Assembly (NCBI RefSeq): GCF_016433145.1
Contig: NC_058135.1
Location: 167,403,055 to 167,467,054, forward strand
Direction: 5' to 3'
Source: Gracilinanus agilis
Taxonomy: Eukaryota
DNA: 64,000 nucleotides
The position numbers and the translations under genes were made by a program. The notes beneath the pieces are model-generated. The model worked only from the letters and a program-made list of their open reading frames with translations, searched no databases and was not told the DNA's origin. Positions 37,905 to 52,530 of the stretch are shown here, one piece after another; positions within the stretch are counted from its first letter, which is position 1, and each line of letters opens with the position of its first letter.

Positions 37905-40900
37905 TATTGATTCAGTTTTCTTATTTTATTTTTTACTTTGTAAATATATTTTGTTTTTACCAATTACATGTAATAACAATTTCCACATAAGTTTTCTCAA
38001 GTTATATGACCCAACTGTTTCCCTTCTTCTCTTCCCTCCCCCTTCCTAGAGCTGTTAAGCAATTCAAACTGGGTTATACATAAATTATCTTGCAAAACAT
38101 TTCCACATTGTCAATTTTTGTAAGAAAATATTCATCTAAAAACAAAACCCCCAAATAAACTAAAGTGAAAAATCGTGTGCTTTGATCTGCATTCTGATTC
38201 CAAAAGTTCTTTCTCTGAGATGGATTGTATTTCTTCAGAATTGTCCTCCGTAATTATATTGCTGTGAGGAGCTGTCTTTCACAGTTGATTATCATATAAT
38301 ATCGTGGTTACTATGTGCAATGTTTGCTTGGTTCTGCTTATTTCACTTTGCATCAGTCCATGAAGGTCTTTCCAGTTCTTTCTGAAATAATCCTGGTCAT
38401 CATTCCTTATAGCACAATAGTATTCCATCACTCTCATATGCCACAATTTGTTTAGCCATTCCCCAATTGATGTACATCCCCTAATTTCTAATTTTTTGCC
38501 AGCACAAAAAGAGTTGATATAAAAATTTTTGTACAAGTAGATCCTCCCCCCACTTTTTAAAAATCTCTTTGGGATGCAGGTGTTTTATAGCCCTTTGGGC
38601 ATAGTTCCAAATTGCCCTCCAGAATGGTTGGATTAGTTCACAATTTCACCAACAATGCATTAGTGTCACAATTTTGCTGCATCTTTTCTAACATTGATAA
38701 TTTTACTATCATATTAGTCAATCTGATAGGTGTGAGGTGATACCTCTGAATAATTTTAATTTGCATTTCTCTAATGAAAAGAGATTTAGAACATTTTTAT
38801 ATGATTATTGATAGCTTTGATTTTTTCATCTGAAAATTGGTTGTTCATATCCTTTGACCATTTGTCAATTGGGGAATGGCTAATATTCTTATAAATTTGA
38901 CTTAGTTCTTTATATATTTAAGAAACAAGACCTTTATCAGAGAAATTTGTTATAAAAATTTTTGCCCCGGTTTATTGTTTCCCCTCTAATCTTGGTGACA
39001 TTGGTTTTGATTGTACAAAACCTTGTATTAATATAGGTAAATTATTCATTTTCTATTTTATAATATGCTTTATCTTTTGTTTGGTCATAAATTCTTTTCT
39101 TCTCCATAGGACTTCCAGTTAAATCATTCTATGTTCCCCTAATTTACTTATGGTATCACTCTTTTTGTCTAAATCATATAGCCATTTTGATTTTATCTTG
39201 ATATAGGATGGGAGGTATTGATCTATGCCTAGTTTCTGCTACACTATTTTCCTATTTTCTCAGCAGCAGTTTAGACTGATAATATATCATTTATCCCTAA
39301 TTTACTCCATTGCTTCACCATTTCCAGATCTTTTTGATGATTGCTGTTTTACAGTACAGTTTGAGATCTGGTACTGCTAGGCCACCTTCCTTCACCTTTT
39401 TTCCCCTTGATATTCTCGACCTTTTATTCTTCCAGATGAATTTTGTTATTATTTTATCTAGTTCTATAAAATAATTTTCTGTTGGTTTGATTGGTATGGC
39501 ACTGAATAAGAATATTAACTTACCTAGAATTGTCATTCTGATTATACTAGATCTGTCTACCCAGGAGCAATTAATGTTTTTCCAGTTGTTTAGATGTGAC
39601 TTCATCTGTGTGAAAAGTGTTTTGTAATTGTGTTCATATAATTCCTGCATTTATTTTGGCAAGTAGATTCCCAAGTATTTTATATTGTCTAAAGTTATTT
39701 TAAATAAATTTCTCTTTCTATCTCTTGCTGCTGGATTTTGTTGGTGATATATAGGAATGCTGATGATTAATTTGGGTTTATTTTGTATCCTGCAACTTTG
39801 CTAAAGTTATTCATTATTTCAACTAGTTTTTTAGTTGATTCTCCAGGTATATCATCATATCACCTGCAGAGAGTGATAATTGAGTCTCCTTATTGCCAGC
39901 TTTAAATCCTTCAATTTCTTTTTCTTCTCTTATTGCTAAAGCTAGTATTTCTAGTACAGTATTAAATAACAGTGGTGATAATGAGCATCCTTTCTTCACC
40001 CCTTATGTTTTTAGGAAGGTTTCTAAATTATCCCCATTGTAGATGCTATTTGCTGATGGTCTGAGATAGATATCACTTATCACTTTAAGGAAAGGCTCAT
40101 TTATTCCTATGCTTTCTAGAATTTTAAAAAGGAATGGGTGTTGTTTTTATCAAAGATTTTTTCCCCCATCTATTGAGATAATCATGTGATTTCTGTTAAT
40201 TTGGTTATCAATATGGTTAATTATGTTGATAGTTTCCTAATATTAAACCAGCCTTGCATTCCTGGTGTATAAATACCACCTGATCATAGTGAATGAATCT
40301 TGTGATATGTTGCTGTAGTCTCTTTGCTAGTATTTTATTTAAGATTTTTGCATTGCTATTCATTAAGGAAATTTATCTGTATTTTTTTGTTCTTTCTGGC
40401 TTACGTAATAGTATTATGTTCATTTCATAAAAAGAATTTGGTAGGATTCCCCCTCTGCCTATTTTCCCAAATAGTTTATGTAGTATTGTGATTAATTGTC
40501 CTTTAAATGTTTGATAGAATTTACTAGTGAATCCATCTGGCCCTGGGAATTTTTTCTTAGAGATTGATAGCTTGTTTAATATTTTTCTGAGAAGGAATTA
40601 TTTGAGTATTCTATTTCCTTTTTTGGTTAATCTGGGCAGTTTATATTTTTGTAAATATTCATTCATATCACCTAGATTCTCAGATTTGTCATATAATTGG
40701 GCAGAATAACTCCTAGTGATTGCTTTAATTTCCTCTTCATTGGTAGTGAATTCACCCTTTTTATTTTTTAATGGTAATTTGATTTTCTTTTTTCCTTTTT
40801 TAAATCAAATTAACCAGTACTCTATCTATTTTATTTGTTTTTTATTTGTTTTTTTTTTAAATAAAACCAACTCCTAGTCTTATTTAATTTATCCTTTGAT

Positions 40901-43345
40901 TTTTAGGATTTCTAATTTAGTCTTTAATTAGACTTTTTTTGTGTTCTTTTTCTTAGTTTTTTTAGTTGCATGCCCAGTTGATTGATCTGTTTTTTTTCCT
41001 CCTCTATTTTATTGATATAAGCATCCAGAGATATATATTTTCCCCTAAGTACTACTCTGGCTGTCTCTTTATTGTTATTCTCTTTAATGAAATTATATGA
41101 TTGTTTCTATAATTGTTCTTTGACCTATCCCTTTTTAAGAATTAGATTATTTAGTTTCCAATTCATTTTTAATTTGTCTTTCCATGAGCCCTTATTGATT
41201 ATAATTTTTATTGTATTATCTGAAAAGATGATTCTGAAAAGGTTGCATTTATTATTTCTGCTTTTCTGTATTTAGTTGTGAAGTTTTTATGCCCTAATGC
41301 ATGGTCAATTTTTGGGTACATGCCATATGCTGTTGAAAAGAATGTGTAGTCCTTTTTATTCCTGTTCAATTTTTTACAGATAACTATTAAACCTAACTTT
41401 TGATAAAATTTTTTCCTTTTTTTTAACTTCTTTCTTATTTACTTTTTGGTTAGATTTATCTAGGTCTGAGTGGGGAATTTTGATCTTCTACACCAATATA
41501 GTTTTACTATTTCTTCCTAAAGCTCATTTAATTAATCCTATAAAAATTTGGAGGTTATACCATTTGATGTATATATGTAAAGTATTGATATCATTTCATT
41601 GTCTATAGTACTTTTTATCAAGATGTAATTTCTTTTTTCATCTCTCTTAATTAGTTCTATTTTTGCGTTAGCTTTGTCTGAGGTCGTGATTGCCCTTCCT
41701 GTTCTTTTTACGTGGAGCACAATATATTCTGCTCCATCCCTTTCCCTTACTTTATGTGTGTCACCCTGCCTCAAATGTGTTTCTTGTAAGCAACATGAAG
41801 TAGAATTCTGTTTTTTAATCCACTCTATCTGTTTCTGTTTTATGGATGAGTTCATCAAATTCACATTCATAGTTATCATTACCATCTGTGTATTTCCCTC
41901 CATCTTATTTTCCCATTTTGATCCTCTTTTTCTGTCCTTTCACTCTGTCCTTTCTCCTAAGTGTTTTGCAGTTAATCACCACCCTCATTCTCTCTCCCTC
42001 CTATTGCTCTCCTCTCCCTGCCCTGTCTTTTCCCCCTTCTACTTTTCTATAGAGTAAGATAGAATTCTATACCCTAGTGAGTATGGCTGTTATTCCCTCT
42101 CTGAGCCAATTCTAATGAGAGTTAGGTTAAGCATTGCCCTCATCCTCCCCATCACATCCTCCACTCCTCTTTCCATACCTCTTTAAAGATATAATTTACC
42201 TCATTTTCCCTCTCTCTTCCCTTTTCTCTCAGTGCAACCCTCTTTTTCATCACTCAATTTGATTTTTTGCATATGGTGTTATCCTAAACAGCTTACTTCT
42301 ACACCTTCTGTCTAGATATACCCTTTCTAACTGATCTGATAATGGTAAAAATTTTTTAAGAAGTAGAAATATAAACAGACCTCATTGAATCCCTGAAATT
42401 TTCTCTTTATTTTTGACCTTTCTATGCTTCTCTTGAGTCTTATATTTGGACATCAAATTTTATGTTTAGTCCTGGTCTTTTAACCTTTGGAAATCTTCTA
42501 TTTTATTAAATAACAATTCTTCCAAGGTGGTTTGATGGTCTGTGGGACAGGAGCTCTAAAAAGCCATGTCCCACTGCTAATTCAGTCTCCTCTAGGGACT
42601 GCTGATGGCTTACAGGGCTCAGAGCACTGTCAGTTACCTTGTCCTGGGGCTCTTTGTCTCCCCTTGGGCTTCACCAGACCAGGTCTAGACTGCCTTGGGC
42701 TAGGGTTTGGAACATCAAGGGGTGGGCATGGATGTTGTGCTGTTGGCTTTAGGCAGGGTTTCGGGGTCTTGAAGTTAGCTTTTGTCCAGTTTCAGAACCT
42801 GGAGCAGTAAGTGGGGGGTGGGGTGGGCAACCTATGCTATGTATGGTTTTGCTTCCAGAGCACTCCCTTGTCACTCCAGTGATATAGATGCTCTCTGTCT
42901 ACCTTCCATGTAGTTTTCTGCAGGAGACTTGCTTCACTCTGTACCCTTGTTGGTTCTGTCACTCCAGTGTTCTTTTGAGGAAGTTTTTTAGAAAAATTTT
43001 TACTTTGAATATTTTCCCACAGTTACATGTTTCATGTTCTTTCCCTCTCCCCCAAAACCCCTTAACCCGCCTTAGCTGACACAAAATTCCACTGGGTTTT
43101 ATATGTATCATTGATCAAGACCTAAATCCATATTATTGATAGTTGGACTAGAGTTATCGTTTAGTGTCTTCATCCCCAATAATATCTCCAACAGCTCATG
43201 CATTCAAGCAGTTGTTTTTCTTCTGTGTTTCTCCTCCCACGGTTCTTCTTGAGGAGGTTTTTTTTAAGGTTGGTTTAAGAGGATTTTCAGAGGGGTTCCA
43301 GCTTTCCATGATTCTCCACCATCTTGGCTCTGCCTTCAGAAAAGT
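37905..43345 (-). mobile_element. 5'-intact L1 with internal deletions (ORF1 largely missing), inserted in an L2 tail
   Basis: Perfect 15-bp TSD ctggagataattatt (37890-37904 and 43346-43360); 5' motif ggcagagccaagatggtggag; ORF2 EN remnant 41538-41903 (NVN...WIKKQN...CLQETHL); ORF2 remnants 39315-39650 and 38279-38536. Confidence 0.93.
42990..43248 (-). mobile_element. Younger L1 3' end nested in the 5'UTR of the larger L1
   Basis: TSD ttgaggaagtttttt (42975-42989) and ttgaggaggtttttt (43249-43263); nearly the same sequence as 45290-45540. Confidence 0.85.
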
Positions 43346-44834
43346 CTGGAGATAATTATTCAAAAGAAAGGCAGTCTCTAACCTGAAGGAGTTTATAATA
43401 TAATTAGGTGGGGAGAGTTACTAAGGGGCATTTGTTCCATGATATAGAGCAGAATGAGTCCCAAAGTCTAGTTTCTACCCCCTCTCAAGGAAGTCATTGG
43501 GAGGTTTTGGTACTCCATTCACCAATTCTCTAATCAAAGAGGATAGGAGATTGAGGGAGGTGGTGCCAGGCAAGGCTGGAGTCAGCATCATAGTGACTAG
43601 ATTAGATGCAGGGTAGAGATAGGAAGAAGGGAAGTTTGAGGGCAAACATAATACATTGTTTTTTGGACATGTTGAGTTGATTTCTATGGGATATTCAGTT
43701 AAAGATGTCCATAGGAAGTTGGAGATATAAGATGGGTTTTTTTGTTTGTTTCTTTGTTTGACTCTGACCCTAGAGGGTGTTAGTGTATAGGGAAAAAGAG
43801 CCAAGCAAAGGAGAGATAGGGATATGCAAAAAGAGTGAAATGGAGATGATGATGTGGCAGGGGAGTGGAAAATGGTGGAGCTGGAGCCAGAATAGAGTTC
43901 CCATAAGAAGATATAGAGTGCTGTCAGATATCACTGCTCCCCAGTGACAGAAGCAAGCACTGACTATCTGGGGACAGATCCGACAAATAACTGTGTGAGA
44001 TGTCAGGAAAAGGGCCCTGGATAAAATGACTTGTGTTGACTTCCCCCTGCATGGTTTCCTGTTTCCTGGAGGTTATCTTACCTCTTATGTCCTTCACTCC
44101 CTTGCTTTACCCATTCCCAAATGGACAGTTGGATGGAAAGGAATCCAGGCATGCTATTCCTAACCCCACTTTCCCTTTGTGGCAAGAAAGTATGGCTGTT
44201 TTTAAAACTGCTTTTTCTGTTAATTTATAGTGTTTAACAATTTCCCCCCATATATGCCTCTTAAAATCCAGGTGGTCATTAGAATCTGTGCCAGTTCTCT
44301 TAATTTTAATCTTAACAGTGAGACTGGGATCTGAGGGGGAACAAAACTCTGTTTTGAGAGGATAGATTTAAAGTATTGAGGTTTCTCATGGTAAAATCCA
44401 AATGAACATTGCAGAGTGTTTAAGATGCCAAGTTTTGAGAGTTGACAGTTTATTTGGTGGGGCAAGAGAGCAATCTTTGGGAACACATATACCTGGCACG
44501 GGGGGGGGGGGGGGATGCCTGTTTTCTTTTTGCCCTGAAAACCCTTATTTGGCTTGAAAGGGGAGATCCCATTTCTGAAAGGGAGAGGGCGGTAATGAAA
44601 ACCAAAGCCCAAAAAGGCTAAGGAGCAGAATGAATTCTAGGAGCATGCCCACTTAGTCTCTGCTTCTGGGGATGAATGACAGCTCATTCAGCCAAAGCTG
44701 GCAGAATCACTTGGTGGCAGTATTGTGTCTGTGTGTGCCTGTATGTATGTATGTGTGTATACATGTCTATCTAACTTATATGTCTATCTACATATATGTA
44801 AATATTAACCCCAATAGAATATCAGCTCCTTCAG

Positions 44835-45274
44835 NNNNNNNNNNNNNNNNNNNNNNNNNNNNNNNNNNNNNNNNNNNNNNNNNNNNNNNNNNNNNNNNNN
44901 NNNNNNNNNNNNNNNNNNNNNNNNNNNNNNNNNNNNNNNNNNNNNNNNNNNNNNNNNNNNNNNNNNNNNNNNNNNNNNNNNNNNNNNNNNNNNNNNNNNN
45001 NNNNNNNNNNNNNNNNNNNNNNNNNNNNNNNNNNNNNNNNNNNNNNNNNNNNNNNNNNNNNNNNNNNNNNNNNNNNNNNNNNNNNNNNNNNNNNNNNNNN
45101 NNNNNNNNNNNNNNNNNNNNNNNNNNNNNNNNNNNNNNNNNNNNNNNNNNNNNNNNNNNNNNNNNNNNNNNNNNNNNNNNNNNNNNNNNNNNNNNNNNNN
45201 NNNNNNNNNNNNNNNNNNNNNNNNNNNNNNNNNNNNNNNNNNNNNNNNNNNNNNNNNNNNNNNNNNNNNNNNNN
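44835..45274. other. Assembly gap (440 N)
   Basis: Run of N. Confidence 1.
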
Positions 45275-45610
45275 TTTTTTTTTTTTTTTAATTTTTATTT
45301 TGAATGTTTTCCCCTAGTTACATATTGTTCATGTTCTTTCCCTCTCCCCCAAGCCCCCCCTTAGCTGACACACAATTCCACTGGGTTTTACATGTATCAT
45401 TGATCAAGACCTAAATCCATATTATTGATAGTTGGACTAGAGTTATTGTTTAGTGTCTACATCCCCAATAATATCCCCATCAGCCCATGTTATTGAGCAC
45501 TTGCTTTTCCTCTGTTTCTCCTCCCACAGTTCTTCCTCTGAATGTGGCTAGTGTTCTTTCTCATAAGTCCCTCAGCCTTGCTCTGGAGCCTTGCATTGCA
45601 GCTAGTAGAG
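45275..45610 (-). mobile_element. Young L1 3' end with poly-T tail
   Basis: Poly-T then ttgaatgttttcccctagttacat...gatcaagacctaaatccatattattgatagttggactagag; same subfamily as 42990-43248. Confidence 0.88.
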
Positions 45611-47143
45611 AAGTCCGTCAAGGAGCATAAATTTAGAGCTGGAAAGGAACTTGGAAGCTCTTAATGACTAGGGTTCTTGTCCTAGTTTTGTTGGATGACC
45701 ACAGCAGGCATTTCACTTTTGGGGCCTTAGTTTCTTCACTTGCAAAATGAGACTGCTTGGACTATTTCAGTTCTAAGTGCTTTCTGAATTTCAGCTGCCC
45801 AGGACATTCAGCCATTCTGTATCTTTGCCTGTTTTCCCACTTCTCCTTCAAAGACTAGATCAAAACCCCATCTCACCCAGAAAATTTTCCTCTCATTCAT
45901 GACATTTTTATTATGTGTCCCCAACTTCATAGAAGTCATTCAGTGTCTACTACCTTTATTTGATGTGTTATTTTTGAAATCATCTGTCACTTCACTTTAT
46001 ATGTGGTGTATCTTTTCATCTGGATTGTCAATTTGAAGGCAGCAGCCATGCCTTCTTTTTTCATTTCATAATTTTTTCATTTCCCAGTAGCTATAACATT
46101 TCAAATAAGATGCTGAATTATTGTATTTGAATAAAAAAAACCAACACAATCTTTTGAACTTGACAGAAGAAGTATAGAAGCCTAGATCTTAATTTTATTT
46201 GTATCTTTATAAGAGCATCCTGTAGTTTCTAAATGGAAAAGTTGAAAATGAAAACGCATTTTTCTCTTAAATACTTATATTCCACAGAGTTAATTTTTAA
46301 TTGAGATAGAGGAAATTATAGGAAACAATCTTGATGCTTTTTAATATTCATGTGCATGTTTTTATGCTTTTAGTGCTAATCACATTTAACAACAAAATTT
46401 TTATGGTTTCTTCCCAAAGCATCTTCATTTTTTTTTGCCTCTTTCATTATTATTTTCTTTAAAAGCTTTGTATGTTATCATTTCATTATTGTTTTGTTTA
46501 CTTTTTTTCCTTCTCATGGCCAGTGATAGCCACCAGTTATTTATTTTGAGAGCTTTAAAGTCTGGAAATATTAGATTTTCTACTGAAAAATGTAATGGTG
46601 GTGTTGAAAATATTAGTAACACCTAGTATGTAAGTCTTCTACAAACATTCATATATCAAATATATCAAAAGTACATTTGTTTATATTCAGTCCAATTTTC
46701 CTTTAGACTTTGATGTTAGTATAAGACAGAACAATTTCCCCCAAATACATTTTGCTTTGAATTTATTTGTTTGAAAATTCTGAACATTTTTGCTTTACCC
46801 TTAATCTTAATGGGAAAACCTCTAAATTTTCTTCTTCATGTATTATGTTGGCTCTTGATTTTTGGTAGACATTGCTTACCCTGTTAAGGAAAAGCTTATT
46901 CTTATGCTTTCTAGGTTGTTTTTTTTTAAAGAAGAAATTAATGTTAGATTTTGTCAAGAGAGATTAAAACTTCTATTGTTAAAATAACATGGATTAAATT
47001 CTTTTATTAATATGAACTAGTCTTTAGTTTTCCATATATTGATTCAAGTATGAATTTCTGATATTTTTAATATGTTGTTTCTTCTTTTTTATGTTTTACA
47101 TTTTTTTTTTGCTTAAATGTTTAATAAGAATATTGGTGTACAT

Positions 47144-47320
47144 CATGGATTCTTAATCTTGGGTATATAGACCCTCAAGGGGCCTAGGGATAGATTGCAA
47201 GAGGACCATGAACTTGAGTGGGAAAATCACATCTCATTTTTACTAATTTAAAACAGAAATTTAGCATCTCTTTCAATTACTTAAAAACATTACTTGGGAA
47301 GGAGTCCATAGGTTTTAAAA
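47144..47320. mobile_element. Ancient hAT-Charlie-like MITE fragment
   Basis: catggattcttaatcttggg...gatagattgcaagaggaccatgaacttgagtgggaaaa...aaaacattacttgggaaggagtccataggtttt resembles Charlie MITE termini. Confidence 0.45.
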
Positions 47321-47384
47321 GTTTTTTTTTTTTGCATTGTAGAAAGGGTTTTTAAAGTATCCCTTCTTTTCCTATTTTTCTTTT

Positions 47385-47545
47385 ATTTTTAAAAACCCTT
47401 ATCTTTTATTTTAGATTTGATAATAAGTATTCATTCCAAGGCAGAAGAATAGTTAGGTTAGGCAAAGAGTTAAATGACTTGCTCATGGTCACACAGGAAG
47501 TATTTGAGATCATCTTTGAATCCAGGACTGCCTTTCTACCTACTG
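47385..47545 (-). mobile_element. Opossum SINE-1 (diverged)
   Basis: aaaacccttatcttt...ttccaaggcagaagaa...ttaaatgacttgctcatggtcacacag...ctgagtcatc. Confidence 0.75.
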
Positions 47546-50500
47546 AGTCATCTTGTTTTCCCTTCTTTTCCTTTTTCTGTTAAATTTATGTAATACTATA
47601 GTCAATTGTTCTTGGAATATTTGTTATAATTCACTTGTTTATTTTATATAATCCACTTATCTGCTCCTGGAATTTTTAAAATTTGGGCATTGTTCTTTTC
47701 TTTTTTTTAACCATTCATTTCATCTAAGTTATCAGTTTTGTTGTCATACGATTGGACAAAATAGTTTCTTATGGAATTTTAATTATTTTGAATTATCTTT
47801 AGTTTGTTGATAGAAAACAATTTGGTCTCTTCTCCCTTTTTAATCATACTAGCTAACTATGCTTTTTGATTACCAATTCATTTTCTAGATTTTCCCTATT
47901 ATCCCTTTAAGTAAAGAAATGGTCTGTGTTTGCCATTATAGTCCCTTTATTAAAAAGGAAGCCATGCTATTGCCTCTCCCACTTGATTTTCCCCCTTGCA
48001 TATATCAGAGAAAGAAGAGAGACTTGTAGACCGACAGCATAGGGCATCTTTATTTCTCAATATGAGCTTCTCAATCCTTTCCCCCTGTAACAATCACAAG
48101 TAAAGTTCTAATTTCTCTCAAATAAGAAAGAAGCATTCCACCTCCTAGACGACTTTCTAGTTGCTAGTTGAACAAGATGCCACTTGAATTTAAATGTTTC
48201 CCCTAGTAACTCCCTGACAGACTGGAGCTTCTAGCCTGCCTCCTATAGATTTTAGAATTACAGAAATCTCTATTTATTCTCGAATTAGTTTTGTTTGACC
48301 TCTGAAAGAGCCCTTGTAAGTATATTTTCCATAATATTTTAGAACCATTGGCTTAAAGTGATTTAAAAGCAGAGATTACATGGGATTTCATACTTTTTTT
48401 TAAAAAAAGGATCTTTTTTTCATAGTCAATTCATTCACAATCTATCTGTTTTATGATTGCTACCAACAATGCTCTCTGGCTTTTGTAGCATTACTGAGAT
48501 ATGATCCTGAAAATACAGTGATATTAAACTTCTTCAAACACCAAATTAAACACTTTACTTTTTTGCTTAAATGTTCCCAAAACTCCATATTACTCAGTGG
48601 ATCTAAAGGCTAAATTCTCCACTCTGGCATTCAAAGTCCTAAATAACCTGTTTTTATCCTACTTCTACAATGTTATTCTTATGATAGCAGTGCCATTACC
48701 TGGAAGATTTTTGCCAAGACAATTAAGCGCCTCGGGCTTCAGTTTCTGCATGTATAAATAAAGTTGGGTTAGGTGACATCTGTAGGCTCTTCCAGATCCA
48801 GTCACCTACCATGAGGACAACATTTTGATATAAATGCTTCCTATTAAATTTTGCCCTTTCCCAATGGTCAGTCCAGAGACCCCAGTGTTTTATGTTAATT
48901 TGTGTTAAATTTAATGTTAAATTTAAATTAAAAAAATAAACATTTTAGTTTAACATTTTTCTACTTACTTTGAAAACAAAGGAGTACTAATTTGTGCTAA
49001 TTTTTAGTAAAGTTATAGAGAGAACAGAAACATTTATAGATGTGAAAAGCCTTTCTGTGATGAGAAAACAAGAGAGAATGAAAAGAGAATGAGTGAAGTC
49101 TAGGGTTGTTGGGATATAGGTTCCTTTCCTCCTTCCCTGTTCCTTTATAGCAAACATTTACCTAGAATGCAATAAAAACCAGAAACAAAACCCATGATCA
49201 GAAATGCATACAGCAAAAAAGCACTATTTAAAGAGAACAGAATATTGGGCTAAGTGATGCCAGAGTATCAGGCAGAGATGAGACAGTGAAAAGGGAGGAA
49301 ATGGAAAGAAGATAAATTGCCCAGGTCCAAGTAGCAGCAATATTCAGTGTCTGAAAGTCAGGTGAGGTTTCAATTAATTACTGGTGATTATATTCGTTTT
49401 AGGGTAATAGCTATTTCCACTTGCTCTTTGGAGCTTATGGTCCACACTGTTTCCCCCTCACACTCTAATGTTAGACTCCAAAGTTTTGGGGTTTCCCTTG
49501 TCTAGGGTGGCATCTATCTCCCAAGATCCTTTAATTTCTTTTTCTCTTTCCAAATCTGGGGAAAACTAGAGTATGATTAAGGAGCTTCCTTGCCCATAAG
49601 GGGTTAGATTCATATGTATGTACGTATGCCCATGCTCATACATATGTCCTTTCAGTATATTCCCAGAAATAAAGGGGAGGCTCATATCTATATTTGCACA
49701 TTTGTGGAAGCATTTTTATTTTTCTTCTGTTTCTTGATTGAAGTATATAATATTTCACTGGATCATCCTAGGGAGATTTTACAAATAAAAATTTAGAGCC
49801 ACAATGCAATGTGATTCAGGAATTGAAATTTAGAAATGAGTAATTGAGTTCTTGTCCCAATTGTTCCTCTGCTCTGCAGTGGGAAATTTTTGTAACTTAT
49901 GAATTTATTATTGGTTTATTATCATTATTTATTTATTTTTAAATTTTAATTTATTATTAGTGGAGGTAAATGTGCTAAACAGCAATATAATGGTCTAAGA
50001 GGGTTTATTGTGTCTCCATAAGCCCTGAACTTGGACCTACAGAGTGATTTAGAACTGGGAAGCACTAAATTCACTTAATAGGTCTGCAATTAAATCCTTT
50101 ACCATATATCTTTAAGTCCTTTGGAATGGTAGCTATTTTAAAAAATTTTCAAATCATGTACTTGCTTGTTACAGTAGAACAATTTCCACCTCATGCAGCC
50201 CATTGCATTCATAGTTATTTGGAGATTCATGTAACATAAATATAAATTTATTTTAGGATGGGTTGAAATATTCCTCTTGCTAATCCTTGGGGATTTGATC
50301 TTTATTTGGGGGGAGGGATAAGGGGAATCCCCAATGAATCAAACATTCTAAAATAAAATAATATCTTAGGTGCTCTGTAGTTATTATGTTCATTTTAATA
50401 TGTCATGGCAGGAAAATAAATAAGTTAAAGAAGAGGGTACTCTAAAAAACCCATTGAAGAATGTATAGACTTGAATACATTTTAAAAAGTTAATTGGCTT

Positions 50501-52530
50501 TTATCATCTTAATTTTAGTTTAATTTTAATTCAGGGTTGCTTCTATTCTAAAAAGCCTTTAAATTATTTTGAATTCTAGAACTGAAACATGGTAGGGAAA
50601 GGGTTTTGATAAGAATGGTATTTTAAAAGTTAACCTTTTGGTGTTATAGTGATCTCAAATTAAGTGTTAAGGTCACTCCTGGTAAGTAGGGAATTAGGCA
50701 CGTTTAGAAGTTACATTACTTTTGTGGGCTATCTGTATCTTCCTTTAGTGTAAGGAAACAATAAATTTAGTTATATGAAGTAAGAAACAAACATTTATTA
50801 AATGTCTTCTCTGGGACAAGCACTATGCTAAGGGTTTATAAATATTATTTGTAATATTTATATTATATATAAGGCTTTACAAATATTATTTCATTTCGTC
50901 TTCACCACAACCCTGAGGAGTTAGGTGCTATTTTTATTCCCATTTTACAGTCAAAGAAACTAAGGAAGAGACAGAACCTTGCTTATGTTAGCTAGTTAGC
51001 AGTTAAGACTGGATTTGTATTCAGATCTTCCTGACTTTAGGCTGATTACTCTACTCACTAGACTACATAGCTGCTTAATTGTTCCAAAGAATTCTGTTTA
51101 TTTTAAATATTAACTTTTAAACTTGAAGTCTCTGGTATTATTAAAACATTTTAGAATTAAAGGGTATAATTCATATTTAAATTTTGTAATGGCCTCATCT
51201 TTAACTATGGAACTATTATAACTGATTGATTTGTAATTTCCCTTTGTTGGAAGAATATTTATTTCTTACCCCATTGTAGCATTTGAATTGCAAGCCTTTT
51301 AATATGAAAAGTTTCTGTTTAGTTACATCATAGGAACATTTTTAATTAATTTATAACAATTTAATAAAAATATATAAATATATAAAAATATTCTAGTCTA
51401 AAAAATTTAATAAACAAATGTAAATATAATCCATTTAACAAAAACACGATTAACACTTGTAATGAAATTTTAGCAAATATAGTTTTAAATAAAGCATTTA
51501 TTTTTGTTATTTGATTAAAAATAATGTAGGCAATTCATATATATCTGATTGGAATATTTTTCCTACCAGATAGAAATTTGTAGTAGTGCCTGCCACTGTG
51601 AGGAAGTCACATTCTAACTTTTTAAATAACTAAATCGTGTGTATATTTCATTGCACATCTTTAGAAATAATTTTATCCAGTAACTGACTTTTAAAAATGT
51701 GTTGGGTTAGCAGTTGGAGACTGAGTCAAAGACTTTTTTTTTAAACAAGAAATTAAAGCTAGGGGATAAGAGGGTTTTTTGTTTATTAGACATGAGTATT
51801 CATTAAAAAGACAATCTCCCTTACCAATTTTCCTTTTTACAAATAATATTCCTAGTATTTCATAAATACGAAATGTAGCATTTCCAATGGACTCTTCTCT
51901 GCATGAAATAGTGACAAAATTGTGAGGATCTGGCTGCTAACCAAAGTAATTAGAAACTTTTTTTTTTCTACTAGTAGCATTGTCTTGATGATTAATTCTT
52001 TATTACCCCAAATACTTTTGACTTGTTTTTCACTATTTAAAAAAGAGAATGTTAAAAAATGGGGATATTAAAAGAATAATCACTCTACCTTTGTGCTAAT
52101 TGTGCACAGCATGGATACAGTTCACGGAGAGGCTGTTTATCCTTTTCTTGTGTTCTAATTTTGTTGCTTTTATGAAAGTTATAATGGAAGACCAACTGTG
52201 AATAGTTGCTTAAAAAAACCTCTGTTTATTGAATCCAAGTTGTAAAAGCAGGTTTTAAAAGCCTCTTACCTGCTTAAGCACAGAGCTGAAGCATATAATA
52301 GATGGTAAATAAATGGTTGTTCAATGAATGAATAAAGAAAGTTTCTTTCAATTCAAGTCATTACTATTTGCAAAGCCCTATGCAAGGCATGGTAGATTGA
52401 ACTGTAGGCATGGAGTCAGAGGGTCTGCATGGGAATCCTACTCATTGCCTGACTCTGGACAGTTTACTTAATTTTTCCAAGCCTGTTTCCTCATCTGGAA
52501 AAATCAAATATTCATAAAAATCTGTGATCC

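Noticed and set aside
42990-45610. Near-identical ~250-bp segments suggesting a local duplication
   Set aside because: Both are L1 3' ends with different flanks and lengths, and one has its own TSD, so they are independent insertions.
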